A DNA stretch of 64,000 nt from Mytilus trossulus (lineage: Eukaryota). Numbering within the stretch: position 1 is the stretch's first letter; every line of letters starts with the position of its first letter. Positions 22,885 through 36,100 of the stretch are shown here, in pieces. The position numbers were made by a program, and so were the translations under genes. The stretch covers positions 52,576,001-52,640,000 of the forward strand of contig NC_086382.1 in assembly GCF_036588685.1 (NCBI RefSeq), in the 5' to 3' direction. The notes under the pieces are model-generated. The model saw nothing but the letters and a program-made list of their open reading frames with translations, did not search any database and was not told the DNA's origin.

Positions 22885-25800
22885 ATGGCTGCCAAGATGG
22901 CGCTTGTTGTTCTGTTTGGATTTTCTCTTGTTTCCATTATTTCATCACAAACTAATTTTGAGTAAGTAACTAATTATATTTAACGTTGAAGCCAGTCATC
23001 TGGATTGCATTGTTTGCCCCATTTAAAAATACGGCTCATTTTACAATCAATCTTCCGCAAAGTAAAAATACCCCCGTTCGTTGACAGATTGTGTTGCTCA
23101 GCCTTAAGTTTTATATGTTGTGTTTTGTATACTGGTCTGTAAATTAGTCAGAAAAAAATCATTTCGACTAACCGTCAAGTTAACTTTATTGTAATATTTT
23201 TTGTGAAATATTATATTCTAATTTCGTTCTCTATGGTATTGCAATAATCGAGTCCTCTATTTACGTCAATGGTATAACGATTTTTGCGCTTCAATGAACA
23301 TGTGTATTACATCCGAAAGTGTCTTTGTTTCTGTTTTATGAACAGGATATATATATATATATATATATAGAAATAATAAAAGATGTGGTATGATTGCCAA
23401 TAAGACTACTATCTACTCCCCACATGAGACCATAATGTCATAAAAAAATAACAACCAAAAGGGGACTTCAACAATGAGTAACATTCAAACCATATACTCT
23501 TCTTTAAAAGGAAAAATATAAGCACAAAGATGTATATTTTTCAATTCAAACGAGAAAACTATATATTTTTCTAGATGTATTAAGTGGCAATTGCCCTTTG
23601 CCTTTATATGCAATATACGGAACAATAATTTTATACTTTTCAGTCCAATGCTAGTGACTCCACCTCATGTTTTAGTCCATGCCGCTACTTCTGGTGATTT
23701 TACTATGAAGGTACATGTTTGTGTTATATTTCATTTGTACATGCAATGTATTCTATGTCTGAAAACTGGCGAAGTTGGACTTTTTGCTTATAACTTGATA
23801 ACTTGTAATAAGGCTATGAACGTTTAAATTTAATATCGATTTTGCCAAAGAGACAACACCATCGACGACACAAAATGTTCAAAAGACATGTACAGATAAA
23901 AAGAACGTCTAAATGGACCATTATGTAGACAATCACAATGTATGTGTTAAAGTTTATATGTAGTAAGATCTCTAGGCCCCTTTCCTCTTTTATATTGATT
24001 AGTGAAATAACAAAGCTTAAGGAAAAGTTGTACATAAACTTAGTACAAATAATGCACATACAATAACGGTATAATAATACATAAGTACAAACAAAACAAT
24101 AATGGTCATGTCTAGCATATATATTATATACACTACGTCTTGTTTGATGATACGGGAATGAGAAAAATACGTTCAAGATTACAGACTATTTACTTTAAAA
24201 CTGCATCTGTATATACTCATATAGCCATTAAGTTATTTTATTAATTGTAGAGTAATAATGGAGATATAAAGATTGGATACAATGAAACCGGCAAAGTCAT
24301 CTTTGATAATGAAGACTTAAATTATATAATACAGGTATATCATTAGATTGCCATATTTGTATCGTCAATGCAGTGCATTTTATTTTTTGTTTTGAGAAAT
24401 TAAAGAAATATACGAAAGCCTTTTAGAGCCATGTTAATTTACTTTTTGATATTATTAGCACAGTTTTGCTCTACGAGGGTATTACAACATTAAATGCAAT
24501 TGAACAATGTTATAACACATACAAAATTTGTCAATTTGGAACGAATGCGCTGCTGTGTTTTATGAGAAACAGGAAGAAAAAACAAATAAACAAATCTTGA
24601 AAAAATCGATTTTCATTTCATTTCATTTTAGCTGATTCTTAGTCAACCTCCCGTATGGGAAGAACATTCTCCGTTTGGATATATTGGAGAATTTCACGCA
24701 GGGGACAAAATAGATGTAAACGTCATAGCTAAGGTATACATTATGTGAATAGTATGTATAATAACTCTTATTTTCAATCATATATTATAGGATCACTGGA
24801 GGCTGCATGTTTGAAAGGCAAATACATTTTGGGTCATTATATGCAATCAAAATCATAACTTAAACAGAGTTTGAACGCATTCTAGGGAATATACTTGTAT
24901 GGAGGGTGCAATACAAATGTTTAGCAATTGACTCCGATTTGTTAAAATCAATTGCAGTGAGACGATTAACATCAATTGAAAAAAAAAATCTTTTCCTCTG
25001 AAAATACATGACAGAATCATTGTTTTTAAACTTAATGGCATTATTATCTGTTCGACTCAAAATTTATAAAATCGTACAGGCACATGAGTGGTTATCATGG
25101 TGTCTAGACAAAACTGCATTGAAAAAAAAAAGCAAATCTTAATTTAGCAATCGTAATTTCAGGATTGTATCATATAAATGTAATTATTTGAAATGACCGT
25201 TTGAACAATTTTAGATTTTTTCAAAATGTGCTTCGATCCAAGCTTTTACACTTCAATACACTTACATAAGGAACCATTAAATCTCAAGTACAAAACTATG
25301 CAACTAAGAAGCGAATTCAAATATATTAATTTGTCTTTGTAAATTCGATATATAGATGCTAGTCTAGTTAAAATTATGTCGTCACAGGACCCGGAAGGAC
25401 AACCAATAGTGTATGGTATTGTAGCCGGAATGTTGCCACCTGGAGTAAAACTAGAACCTGATTCCGGTCGAATACATGGACTAATTCCCGATTCTGATGC
25501 CACTTACACGATAACTATTAGAGCTACAGATATACATGGTCATTTTGCTGATAGTGTATTCAAAATTGTTACCCGTGGTAAGCATATTTCACTAATGGAA
25601 ATATAGAGGAATTATTAAATTTTTCTGTGCATTTTTGTTCTGAACTACTTAATTTTTTTCAAAGACATGCTTTTCAAAATATGCTTAATTATTAAAAACG
25701 GACTTATCGAACATTGATTCCAAATAAGTACATTAAATAACAAATCAAAATCAATCATGCCTTATCATCATTTATTCTTTCTTACTTAGGAATAATATAT

Positions 25801-28800
25801 TGCACAAAGAAACCTTGTGTTAATCAAGGCGTTTGTCTAGATGAAACTACAGGATACAAGTGTTACTGTCCAAATCCATATGGTGGTCTTAGATGTGAAA
25901 TTGGTACGTATCAAAATAACCTTAATAATAGGCCAAAAATCTCTCATTCTTTCAAATAAAAAAAAACACAATTAAATTTAATAAGAGACTCTCAACAAAC
26001 TGAATCGACAACCTGTTATTTACTATTGAAACAAAAGACACATTCATAAATTAGTGACAAATCATCATTAAAGGGCAATAGCTCCGTAATTATATCAAGT
26101 GGTGTCGGTCATATAGACAATTTTGAAGAGCTTCTATTGCTCCAACTTTTCATTTTACAGTTTCTATCTATAAAAGGGAGAAGGTTTGGTACCGTTTAAA
26201 CGTTTAATCCCGCTGCAAATGTTTGCACCTGTCATAAGTCAGGAATCTGATTTACAGTAGTTGTCGTTTGTTTATGTAATTTATACGTGTTTCTCGTTTT
26301 TTTATATAGATTAGACCGTTGGTTTTCCCGGTTGTTTTACACTAGTAATTTTGGGGCCTTTATAGCTTGTTGTTCGGTGTGAGCTAATGCTCCGTGCTGA
26401 AGGCCGTAAATTGACCTATAATGGTTTACTTTTTTAAATTGTTATTTGGATGGAGAGTTGTCTGATTGGCACTCACACCACATCTTTCAAAACAGTTTCC
26501 AAGATAATATTCCAAAGACATGAAAAATTTTCTATTCAAAACATGCCATTTATAGGCAATAACTCATATAAGGAGTGATCCGATCTAGGAAAGGAGGTAG
26601 GTCATGCATTCTGACCATTTTCGCCCTGTTATAATTTCTCCAAAAGGTTGGGTTTTTTTAATTAGACAATTTCAATTGATTTAGCCTTCTGGTTTATTTT
26701 AGTCATGGCACCCTTGTTTGTTTGATGGCAGGAACAAAAACTTATTTTAAATATCATAAAACTCATGCAGTTAAAATTAAGTTAAAATTGGCTAAGGTCA
26801 CGTTACAGTAAATAACTGTCACAGATTTTGATAAAGCTTTAGCTCGTGGAACTATAATTTAAAAACGAAAATAGAATACGTCTATCTCTTGTATTATCTT
26901 AAACATCAAAATAGCGTCATATCAACTGTAAAAAAGCACATAAAACCTACAAAACATGTTCCTAAATTTATGTAAAAATCATGAAATACATTACGATAGG
27001 ATCACCAATTTCGAGTTCGTGGTTACGCTATACATAATTAAAAGTGGTGTTCTGTGTGAAAAGTGTACCACAAAACATCGCAAAAAGTGTCACGCTACAT
27101 AAAAACGTCGTTGTGTGGTTTTTTTCACTACCAAATAGGTAACAGATTGGTTAAATGACCAAAAGGAAGTAGGAAATTATTATTCCTTGGCCTAAGTGGT
27201 TTCAGAAGAGATAAGTTTTTTTAAACGTTTACGACGACTACAGAGGACGGACGGACTTTAAGTAATTGCAATAGCTCAACAAGACCCAGATGAACTTTAA
27301 AGCAAACAATAGCTCGCAAAGAGCCATGAACTTAAAAACAAGGGAAAAAAAGCAAATCAGCAAATATAAGCTCTCAATTTTAAATAATAAATTTCAAATA
27401 TAGTCAATATAGCTTAATTAATATACAATTTATCATTTTAACAAATTGTCTCCATATAAGACTGTAGCAGTAACAATCTTATTGGACCATCAAATGCCAA
27501 AGCTATACCTGATGCCAGTTTAACAGGATATAATATGTACAGTTCAAATGTGGCGAAGGATGCAAGATGGAATGCAGGTGGATGGTACGGGGAGGATTCA
27601 ACATCTTATTTACAAGTAGATTTAGGTTGGTTAAATAAATATTAAGAAACAATTGCTATGCATTTTATGTTGGTACCACCACGAATCTAAAATTGACTCT
27701 TTATCATTTAAAGATACAATTTCTAGTCATTTATTGCGTATACTTTTTTCGCAAGGTACACTAGACAATTGTTCTATTGAGTAAAGCCATTTGACTTTTA
27801 GGCCATTTTGTGATCTATCATTACTTGCTATCTTTGTCATTTGAATGTGGTGGATCATTGCCAATGAGACAACTCTACTACCCAAGAGACCAAATGACAC
27901 AGAAATTAACAACTAAAGGTCAGAGTACAGATGACAACAACAGAACCACAGACTCCTGAATTGGGACATACGTTCGACTCTTGTGAAGAGTTGTCTCATT
28001 GGCAATACGCCACATCTTTGTTTTATACAAACATACATACACACATACAGAGTAGGCTGGGGTTATACATGTAAGTGGAATTCCAAACCACCTCTAACTT
28101 GGGACAGTAATAGCACTAGATAAGAACGACCTATAAAAATCAGGTGATGAAGGCTTAACTCATCAGATGAATACAAATAGAAAAAAAAAATCTTAAAAAA
28201 ACAGGGTTTACGCGGCCGGGTACTTGTACATCCCAACAACAGAAATAAATTAAGTACAGATCTGATGGTACTCACATTTACTGACAGAAGTTTCAAAACT
28301 AAACACAACTTATTTAAAAAGCATGTTTCTAAAATCTGAATCACAATATTGATAAAAGGTGCACTAGCTACGAGATATATAAATGATCTTTGAAATTCTA
28401 CTGTTAATGCCAAATTAGAGTTTTAATCCAATTTTCCACATGGCAAAAAAACTAAAGATCAGAGTACAGATGACAAGGACACATTCTTGTTTTTTTGTTC
28501 AATCATTAATGAAAGTGAAATAGCCAGTATGGTTTAATTTTGCCAAACTAAGCTAATAAATGTAGATGATGAATGATTCACTAGCACAATTATTATTTTT
28601 TCGCCTATATTGCATATGTTTGTTTTTGTGTGGAAATATACTGTTGATATAAGTATATATATATATTTAAATGAAGTTAGCGAAAATGTTTGTATTTCCT
28701 TATCTCACACCTTGTTCTGAAAACATCGACATTCATTTGATAAAAAAAAATAACTATACTTTAGTGCTGGGAGTACATACCAAAAAGAGTTCGGTGTTTT

Positions 28801-30658
28801 CCTGAATATCCCACTTTGTGAAATTACAGGTAAAAAATAATTTTGGGGGACAATTGGGAAGTTTGAATGTGGGACAATTGGAAAATGTAATGCCCCATTT
28901 ATGAGCATAATGTTTTCTGGTCTGTCCCGTCTAACGTTTGTTCGTCCGTCTGTCCCGTTTCAGGTTAAAGTTTTTGTTCGATGTAATTTTTGATGAAGTT
29001 GGAGTCCAATCAACTTGAAACTTGGTTCACATGTTCCCTATAATATGATCTTTCTAATTCTACTGCCAAATTTGAGATTTCCCCCCATTTTCACGATATA
29101 CTGAACATGAAAAAGGATAGTGCGGATGAGGCATCCGTGTACTGGGGACACAATCTTGTGTTGGTGGCGATTAATTTGTTTTATAGTGTGTTGTAGTTAT
29201 TTAAAGGTTACTAATCAATGTAACTTATCAAATATGGAGAAAAAAAACATGAACATATCTTATTTTGCACATAGTAGGTAAAACTGAAGTATCATCAAAC
29301 ATGGAAATTAATATGAAGTTATAACATTTTAGTCTTAGATAGATATTTGTTTTCATTTAGTTTTTATTGGCTTTGAACGAGCTGTTAGTAACTGCGGATA
29401 TACAGTAGACTATGACAACAAGTATATTTCAGAATTAATTTGTTTATGAGTTGCTACATTGTACATGTAAGAGGTCAAACACTTATGACCATGTGTACAT
29501 ATTTCAAATATAGATTTCAATTTGCTAATGCAATTCACCATAGGCAAAAATCAGAATACTCAGCTATCAACGGCTACTATTGTATCTTTATTTTAGAATA
29601 CAATAATTTTACTTTTAGGAAATGTATCTCATATAGACAATTTTCAAATCAAAGCTCGAAGTTCCAGCCCTTCAGCATATAATACTGGGAGTTTCTACAT
29701 ACAACATAGCATTGATGGAAACATATTCCATAATTACACATCAAGTTCCAACGGAAATGTATTTGTAAGTGATTAATTTAAGGTGTAAGGGTTTTTCATT
29801 CAGTAACACGAATACACGTTAAACGTATTCTTCCAGAGCACCTGATATCATCTCAAGTTTTTGGTGGGGTTCTCGATGCTCGGTCTATAGTTTTATATAT
29901 GTGTTTTGTATACTATTGTTTGTCTGGTTGTTTTGGTGTTTTTTAGAAATGGCGTTGTTATATTATTTTCGCCTTGTGAGTGTGAATGTCACTCTTGTAT
30001 CTTAAGCTTCTCTTCAAACTAAGAAGGCAGGCATCAGTCTCCCCTCGGCGTTATAAATGAGCAAAGGTCAAAACTACATGCATTTTCTTAGTAAGCTCAT
30101 AAAGTAGTGTAACAAATCCAGATTACTGGAAAAGAGAGTTTATATGATCGGCTGTTCTCATTAGGATCCTCATTTAGTCTATATCTGGATTTTATTTTTT
30201 GAGGCAAGAACGTTCTTATGAACGTCAATACGGAAAATCGTTTAACGAATTAACTTCAGAAACTGATATTTTCGTTTACATAGGTATCATGTTACGGATG
30301 TATTGTAATTAAACTGTGATTCGTAAATGATAAATATGCATAATGGTAATATAAATCTTGAATAGGAACAAAAGTAGATGTCAAAACTATAAAGCTTTAT
30401 GCAAATACTTTTTTATTGCATTTAGCTGATATGATCATAAAGTCATCCATACCATTCGTATTTTTTGTATAGAATTAGACAATTAATTCTGCATGTATTT
30501 TGCAGACTTTCTCTGGTACCACGTCTAGCAGTGCTCACAAAGTCAATCTACCCGAACCGTTAGATACCAGATTCATCAGATTCTTCACCCTGACGTGGCA
30601 TCACAGTTACAAACCGTACATGAATATGGAAATTCATGGCTGTCACAATAACTCATAA
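22885..30658 (+). CDS. Paralog 3: same architecture (365 aa, 9 exons)
   Basis: Exons 22885-22961, 23644-23710, 24251-24334, 24632-24733, 25388-25577, 25790-25903, 27461-27625, 29619-29764, 30506-30658; all GT-AG; 1098-nt open frame. MAAKMALVVLFGFSLVSIISS.., NNGDIKIGYNETGKVIFDNEDL, QPPVW..DPEGQPIVYGIVAGMLPPGVKL..TITIRATDIHG, EGF CTKKPCVNQGVC, F5/8C IPDASLTG..YLQVDLG..TRFIRF..MNMEIHGC. AATAAA at 30669-30674. Confidence 0.9.
28888..29160 (+). mobile_element. Probable Helentron-associated (DINE/HINE-like) non-autonomous element
   Basis: ATGCCCCATTTATG start, a GTCC/GTCT-type microsatellite near the 5' end, and a short hairpin followed by CACA.TCTTGT at the 3' end. The class assignment is by general structure only. 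Confidence 0.45.
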
Positions 30659-32038
30659 GAATATTTTTAATAAAATGCTACTGTCTGCTTTGTTAAGACT
30701 TCAAATACTTTTTAAACTACACAGTGTACTTACAAATAATAGCAATACCTTTCCAACTCTTTTTACATCTATTTTCGAATTGAACATTCTAGCGAAGAAA
30801 CACTATGGTTAAGGTTGGTCTCTTTTTTGTTATTTAAAAAGTGCATCCCAAATTGATAAAAATAGATATAGGTATACGGTAATGAATTGCAATAATTCAA
30901 ATCATCAATATATCCAACGACACAAATAACCAAAAGTTATCTAGAGATCAGCAAATATAACAAAAAAGATGTGGTATGATTGCCAATGAGACAACTGTCC
31001 ACAAGAGCAGTTCTTCAATAAAAGAAAAGTGTGTGTCTTTGACAAAAAAGGCAATGCACAGACAATTGAAAACATAACATTAATAAGATAGAAAACATAA
31101 TCCCATTTAAAAGCAAATACAAACATTGTTGAAATAGTGGATTTTGTTACTTGTACATATCATGTGAACATGTTTTATGAATAATTATAGGATACTGAGA
31201 GTTATCTTCATTCTAAAAAATCATCTACCTAAATTTGAAATTACTCAAACTGTTAGTACTTTCAGCACGTCAAATAGTAATGTTTAGGCTTGAAGATATC
31301 TACGAATAAAATATCATTTACATATAAATTTAAGTTTTTAGGTTGAAAATGCTGCAGTAGATATATTGACAAACCATTCACTCAAATCATTCTTGACAAG
31401 ATTTAACAACAATTAAAAATTATGAAAATCAAAATCCTGTCAGTATGATTATTCCTGTTATCTTAGTATGTGTCAAAAAAGTATTCTGCAAAATAGGGGT
31501 CTACTTTAAAAAAAACAACAACAAAAAAAACCCAAAAAAAACCAAACAAACAAACATGTAAGTCCTAAGAAAACAAAACATATACTGTATATGCAGACGA
31601 GCGGAATGACATAACTTAACAAAAAACATCTCATCTCCATCTTCTTGTCGCCCCTGCATACCTAGAACTGTCAGGTAAATCCCATGTTAATAGGCTGATG
31701 TATTTGATAGTCAAGAACTGAAATGAGGGAATTCTTTCAATGACGGATTGGTCGATGATAACACAGGTAATTTCTAAAGATCATGGGAATTTGATATATT
31801 TCAGAGGAAAACTGATAGGTTTCCTTATTTTCTGTCTACTCTTTTGGAATGTTTAATCTTATAAAAAGGTGTGGCCCCGTCCATTCACAGTTCTATTTCT
31901 CTACAATGAAAATGTGATACCAATCCATTTATTTGTTTAACACTGAAAATTAAAAAAAAACAGTAACTATTTTTTATTACACTTAACTCTATCTTCTTAT
32001 CAATTAGAGTTGTAGACCATGCAAGCACATCAGCAGTG

Positions 32039-32441
32039 TGGAGTACTATAAATTATAATCCTGGTACCTTTGATAACTATTTACAACACTGGGTCGATGC
32101 CACTGCTGGTGGAGGTGTCGTCCCCGAGGGTATCACCAGCCCAGTAGTCCACATTACGATGTTGACATAAATATCAATAATGTGGTAATTTTTATAAATT
32201 TCCTGTTTACAAAACATTGAGTTTTACGAAAAACTAAGGATTCTCTTATCCAGGGCATAGATTACCTTAGCCGTATTTGGCACAACTTTTTGGAATTTTG
32301 GATCCTCAATGCTCTTCAACTTTGTACTTATTTGGCTTTATAAATACTTTGGATATGAGCGTCACTAATGATTCTTATGTAGACGAAACGCGCGTCTGGC
32401 GTACTAAATTATAATCCTGGTACCTTTTATTACTATTTACA
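32039..32441 (+). mobile_element. Retrozyme monomer with ~40-bp terminal direct repeat; hammerhead core mutated
   Basis: Homologous to the 35655-36401 unit over its whole length. The hammerhead at 32359-32402 reads CTAATGA instead of CTGATGA and has a stem II G>T change. Confidence 0.85.
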
Positions 32442-33166
32442 AAGGCGACCACTTTTGTTTTTGTTTTTGTTTTGGTGGAGATGAGGGTATGAAGATTTAT
32501 AGTTATATTTGATTATTTTGCTTGATATTGTGAGGGGAATAAGAGGTGTAAATTAGTGATACAGCAACTTAAGAGCAAAATGAAATTAAAACGAAATCTT
32601 GGGCTTAGTACAAGATTTCCGAAGAGTCTTCTAAATTGACCCCAGTCTACAAAAGTTTGTACAAAATTTTTTTTAAATACAAAACTAGGTAATTAACACT
32701 AAACTTGTACAAATCTCGATTTATTTATAACGATATAAATAAAGAAAAAAGTAAAAACACAAAAATACCGAACTCCGAGGAAAATTCAAAAAGGAAAATC
32801 CAAAATCAAAAGTCCAAACATCAAACACATCAAACGAATGGATAACAACTGTCATATTCCTGACTTGGTACAGGCATTTTACAGAAAATACTGCAATCAT
32901 TATTAAGTTTACTTGGAAGTTACAGTGGTCTTCTTCTATACTGGATATACTTCAGATTGTCTATCAAAACCTTTTATTCCATATTCCGATATCTTATCAG
33001 AAAGTTGAATTAGTACTTATAGAACAGGTGAAAATTCATGAAGTAGTAAATAAACACAATATGGAGATAATAAGATTGAGATTGATAGAGATGGAAATAA
33101 TATAATTTGAAAATAAGAACGATAAATAATAAACGCATATACGAAGTGCACGCCATATTTACAGTA

Positions 33167-36100
33167 ATGGAAATAAGCATCAAGCTGGAACTTTTAGTAC
33201 TTATTGTTATGGATTGTATGTATCATTTGGCTTGCTTATCAGGGTGAGTACAAAAATTCACTCTTATTAAATTGAACTGCTTAGAACTGCTTTATTAACT
33301 TCTTAGTAAATATTATTGATATCCGCTGAAAGAGGGAAAATATATAAATGTATAAATGTATTTACTAAATGTCAAGTGGCAAATACATTTCAATTCCACG
33401 TTACATGCTTCTAGAAAAACTTATCTCCTTCGGATACAAAAGAGACCAAAAGCTAAAGATGCAAAACAACACATAAAACAACAAAAGGATGAAGGACCTA
33501 ACATGCCTAATGCCCTAACAGGCAAAATAGTTCTAGTAAAATTACATAAATTATCAACTGATGACGTATCAATTATATCATTACCGAAATAAAGAAGCTA
33601 TCAGTTGGATTGTATTCTAGGGGACGTACCGTTCACAATCAGTGGTATAGATTTAGTTATGAGGATATTAAACTCAACATTTGTATCATGTGGAACTGTG
33701 GGCTATGGCTCACTATTGTAACCCCCGCTTTGAAGTATTCGGTAGACATGACGTTGTAGAACAATGGCTGAGAAAACCCACCACAAGGTAAAGCATCCTC
33801 ATATAGATATTGAATATCATGGAAACATGTGATAGAAATATCTTGAAATGAACGAACATACAAATCGACAAGGGTAAAACAACATACCTCCTTTAAACGG
33901 TGCTGGGGTATATATACAAATTGGAGTAATTGGTTTGCGTTGCTGTGTTGCTTTGTAATGGAGAGCATGTATTTATTGTTTACATCCTAATCCTCTCCTT
34001 TGGTCTCTGATAGATAATTGTGTGATTTGCAGTCATGCCACATCTCCTTATTTTCCTACTTAGCCAGTTGTTCGATTCTATTAGTTGATTTATTGAAGTT
34101 TAAATACTTCACTTTTTCAGGCATGTTTGTACAAGAGAGCGAGCTGAGAATTATCTAACATCGTACAATCAGGCTTTCATATGCCAGGAGAGATATACAA
34201 CCAGCTGTGGGCATCTTGATTGGAGGAGGTGTACAAAATATCGGTATACATTATATCTTCAAATATGATTTTTAACCTCAGTTTTAGTCTATAACACGGA
34301 TTTGTTTTCTCTCATCCGATGTATGACTATCAAACAGTGTTATACTACTGTTTTTTTTATATTAAATGTAGATGCTTGTAAATTCACAAAAGGGTAGAAA
34401 AGTCAAGAAGAAAAAAACTATTCATTTGTTTTCTTAAAACAACAATTGTATTTTCCTAGATTATTTTTTATACAATGTCATTATGTGAACATTAAAAGTT
34501 CGCAAAACCAAACAAGACTCCCGTTTATAAGTGTTCGTTCGATCACACATAATAAATTATGCAGAGCTCCCGAAACTGTATTGGTGTATCAGGTTCATAC
34601 GTATGTGATATTGAAAAGCTATAAACAATTTTCCATTTCTTTTTATTATTGCGCTATTATATTAATATGCTAGAGGTACAAAAATTTAAACAGTGTACGA
34701 TACATGCTATTCGATAATTGGTACATATGATATACATGTAGGTTAAATGCAGTATCTTTATCGGGTATTACAGAAATGTTTCCAGAGCTACATATATAAT
34801 AGAAGAATACATTGCAAATGTTTTGGATAAACGTAAACATCAATTATTATATATAGAAATTTTAACCTTTCATTGCGACAATCTGTAAATGCTAGCACAA
34901 TAAATGAAAAATAATGTAAAATTTATAATTGACTTCAATGAATGTTAATGTGATTAGATCAAATGTACAGCATATGACAAGACTGGAAATAATGAAACTA
35001 ATAAAACCCTAAAAACTTTATTTTTCGTTACAGAATACAAACATGTTTCACTCCAAAACAAAAATACGCCATTCGTTATCATCAAATAGAAGCATGCTGT
35101 TCAGGGTGGAGGGAAGATGGGTCTGGAAAATGTACAGTACGTAAGTACAATGAAATGGGTGAACATTAGATATAAATATCTATGTAGATTTTAGTGACTT
35201 AAAATTGAATAACTAAGTTTCAGATTTTAGTCTAAAACTTGACGAATTAGAATAGGAATTTTAAGGAAGGGGTTCGTTCTAAATATTTGCTATGTCCAGA
35301 AGAAGCAAACTGACTAATAATATTTTTGAAACAACCAACAATTAATCATTATTTTTACAATGTTACTTAAAAAACAAATTTGAATTCATTAATTCATACG
35401 ATGTTTACTATGAAAAGTGTGTTTGGTGTTTAGTGTAAGTAAAATCCATCTATGATGTAAATGCACTATGCCTTGAACTGAACAAATGTTGTATGATTGC
35501 CGATGACATAACTCTACAAGAGACCAAATGACACAGATATAAATAACCATAGGTCACCATACTGTCTATAACGATGAGCAAAGCCCATGCCGCAAAGTCA
35601 TCTACAAATGGCTTCGAAATGGCAAATACGAAACATTTCAAACGAGAACAATTACGTATAAAATTATAATCCTGGTACTTTTGATAACTATTTACACCAC
35701 TGGGTCGATGCCACTGCTGGTGGACGTTTCGTCCCCGAGGGTTTCACCAGCCCAGTAGTCAGCATTTCGGTGTTGACATGAATATCAATTATATGGTTAT
35801 TTTTATAAATTTTCTGTTTACAAAACTTTGAATTTTTCGAAATACCAAGGATTTTCTTACCCCAGGAGTAGATTACCTTAGCCGTATTTGGCACAATTTT
35901 TTGTAATTTTGGATCCTCAATGCTCTTCAACTTTGTATTTATTTGGCTTTTAAACTATTTCGATCTGAGCGTCACTGATGAGTCTTATGTAGACGAAACG
36001 CGCGTCTGGCGTATAAAATTATAATCCTGGTACTTTTGATAACTATTTACACCACTGGGTCGATGCCACTGCTGGTGGACGTTTCGTCCCCGAGGGTATC

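Noticed and set aside
4816-30658. Naming the cluster genes MFGE8/EDIL3, CUBN or DAG1
   Set aside because: Only single domains are shared. There is no RGD-EGF with tandem C domains, no CUB domains and no TM, so no symbol is assigned.
33760-33960. Further Penelope-like RT remnant (IPPLNGAGVYIQ)
   Set aside because: Similarity is too weak to support without an alignment.
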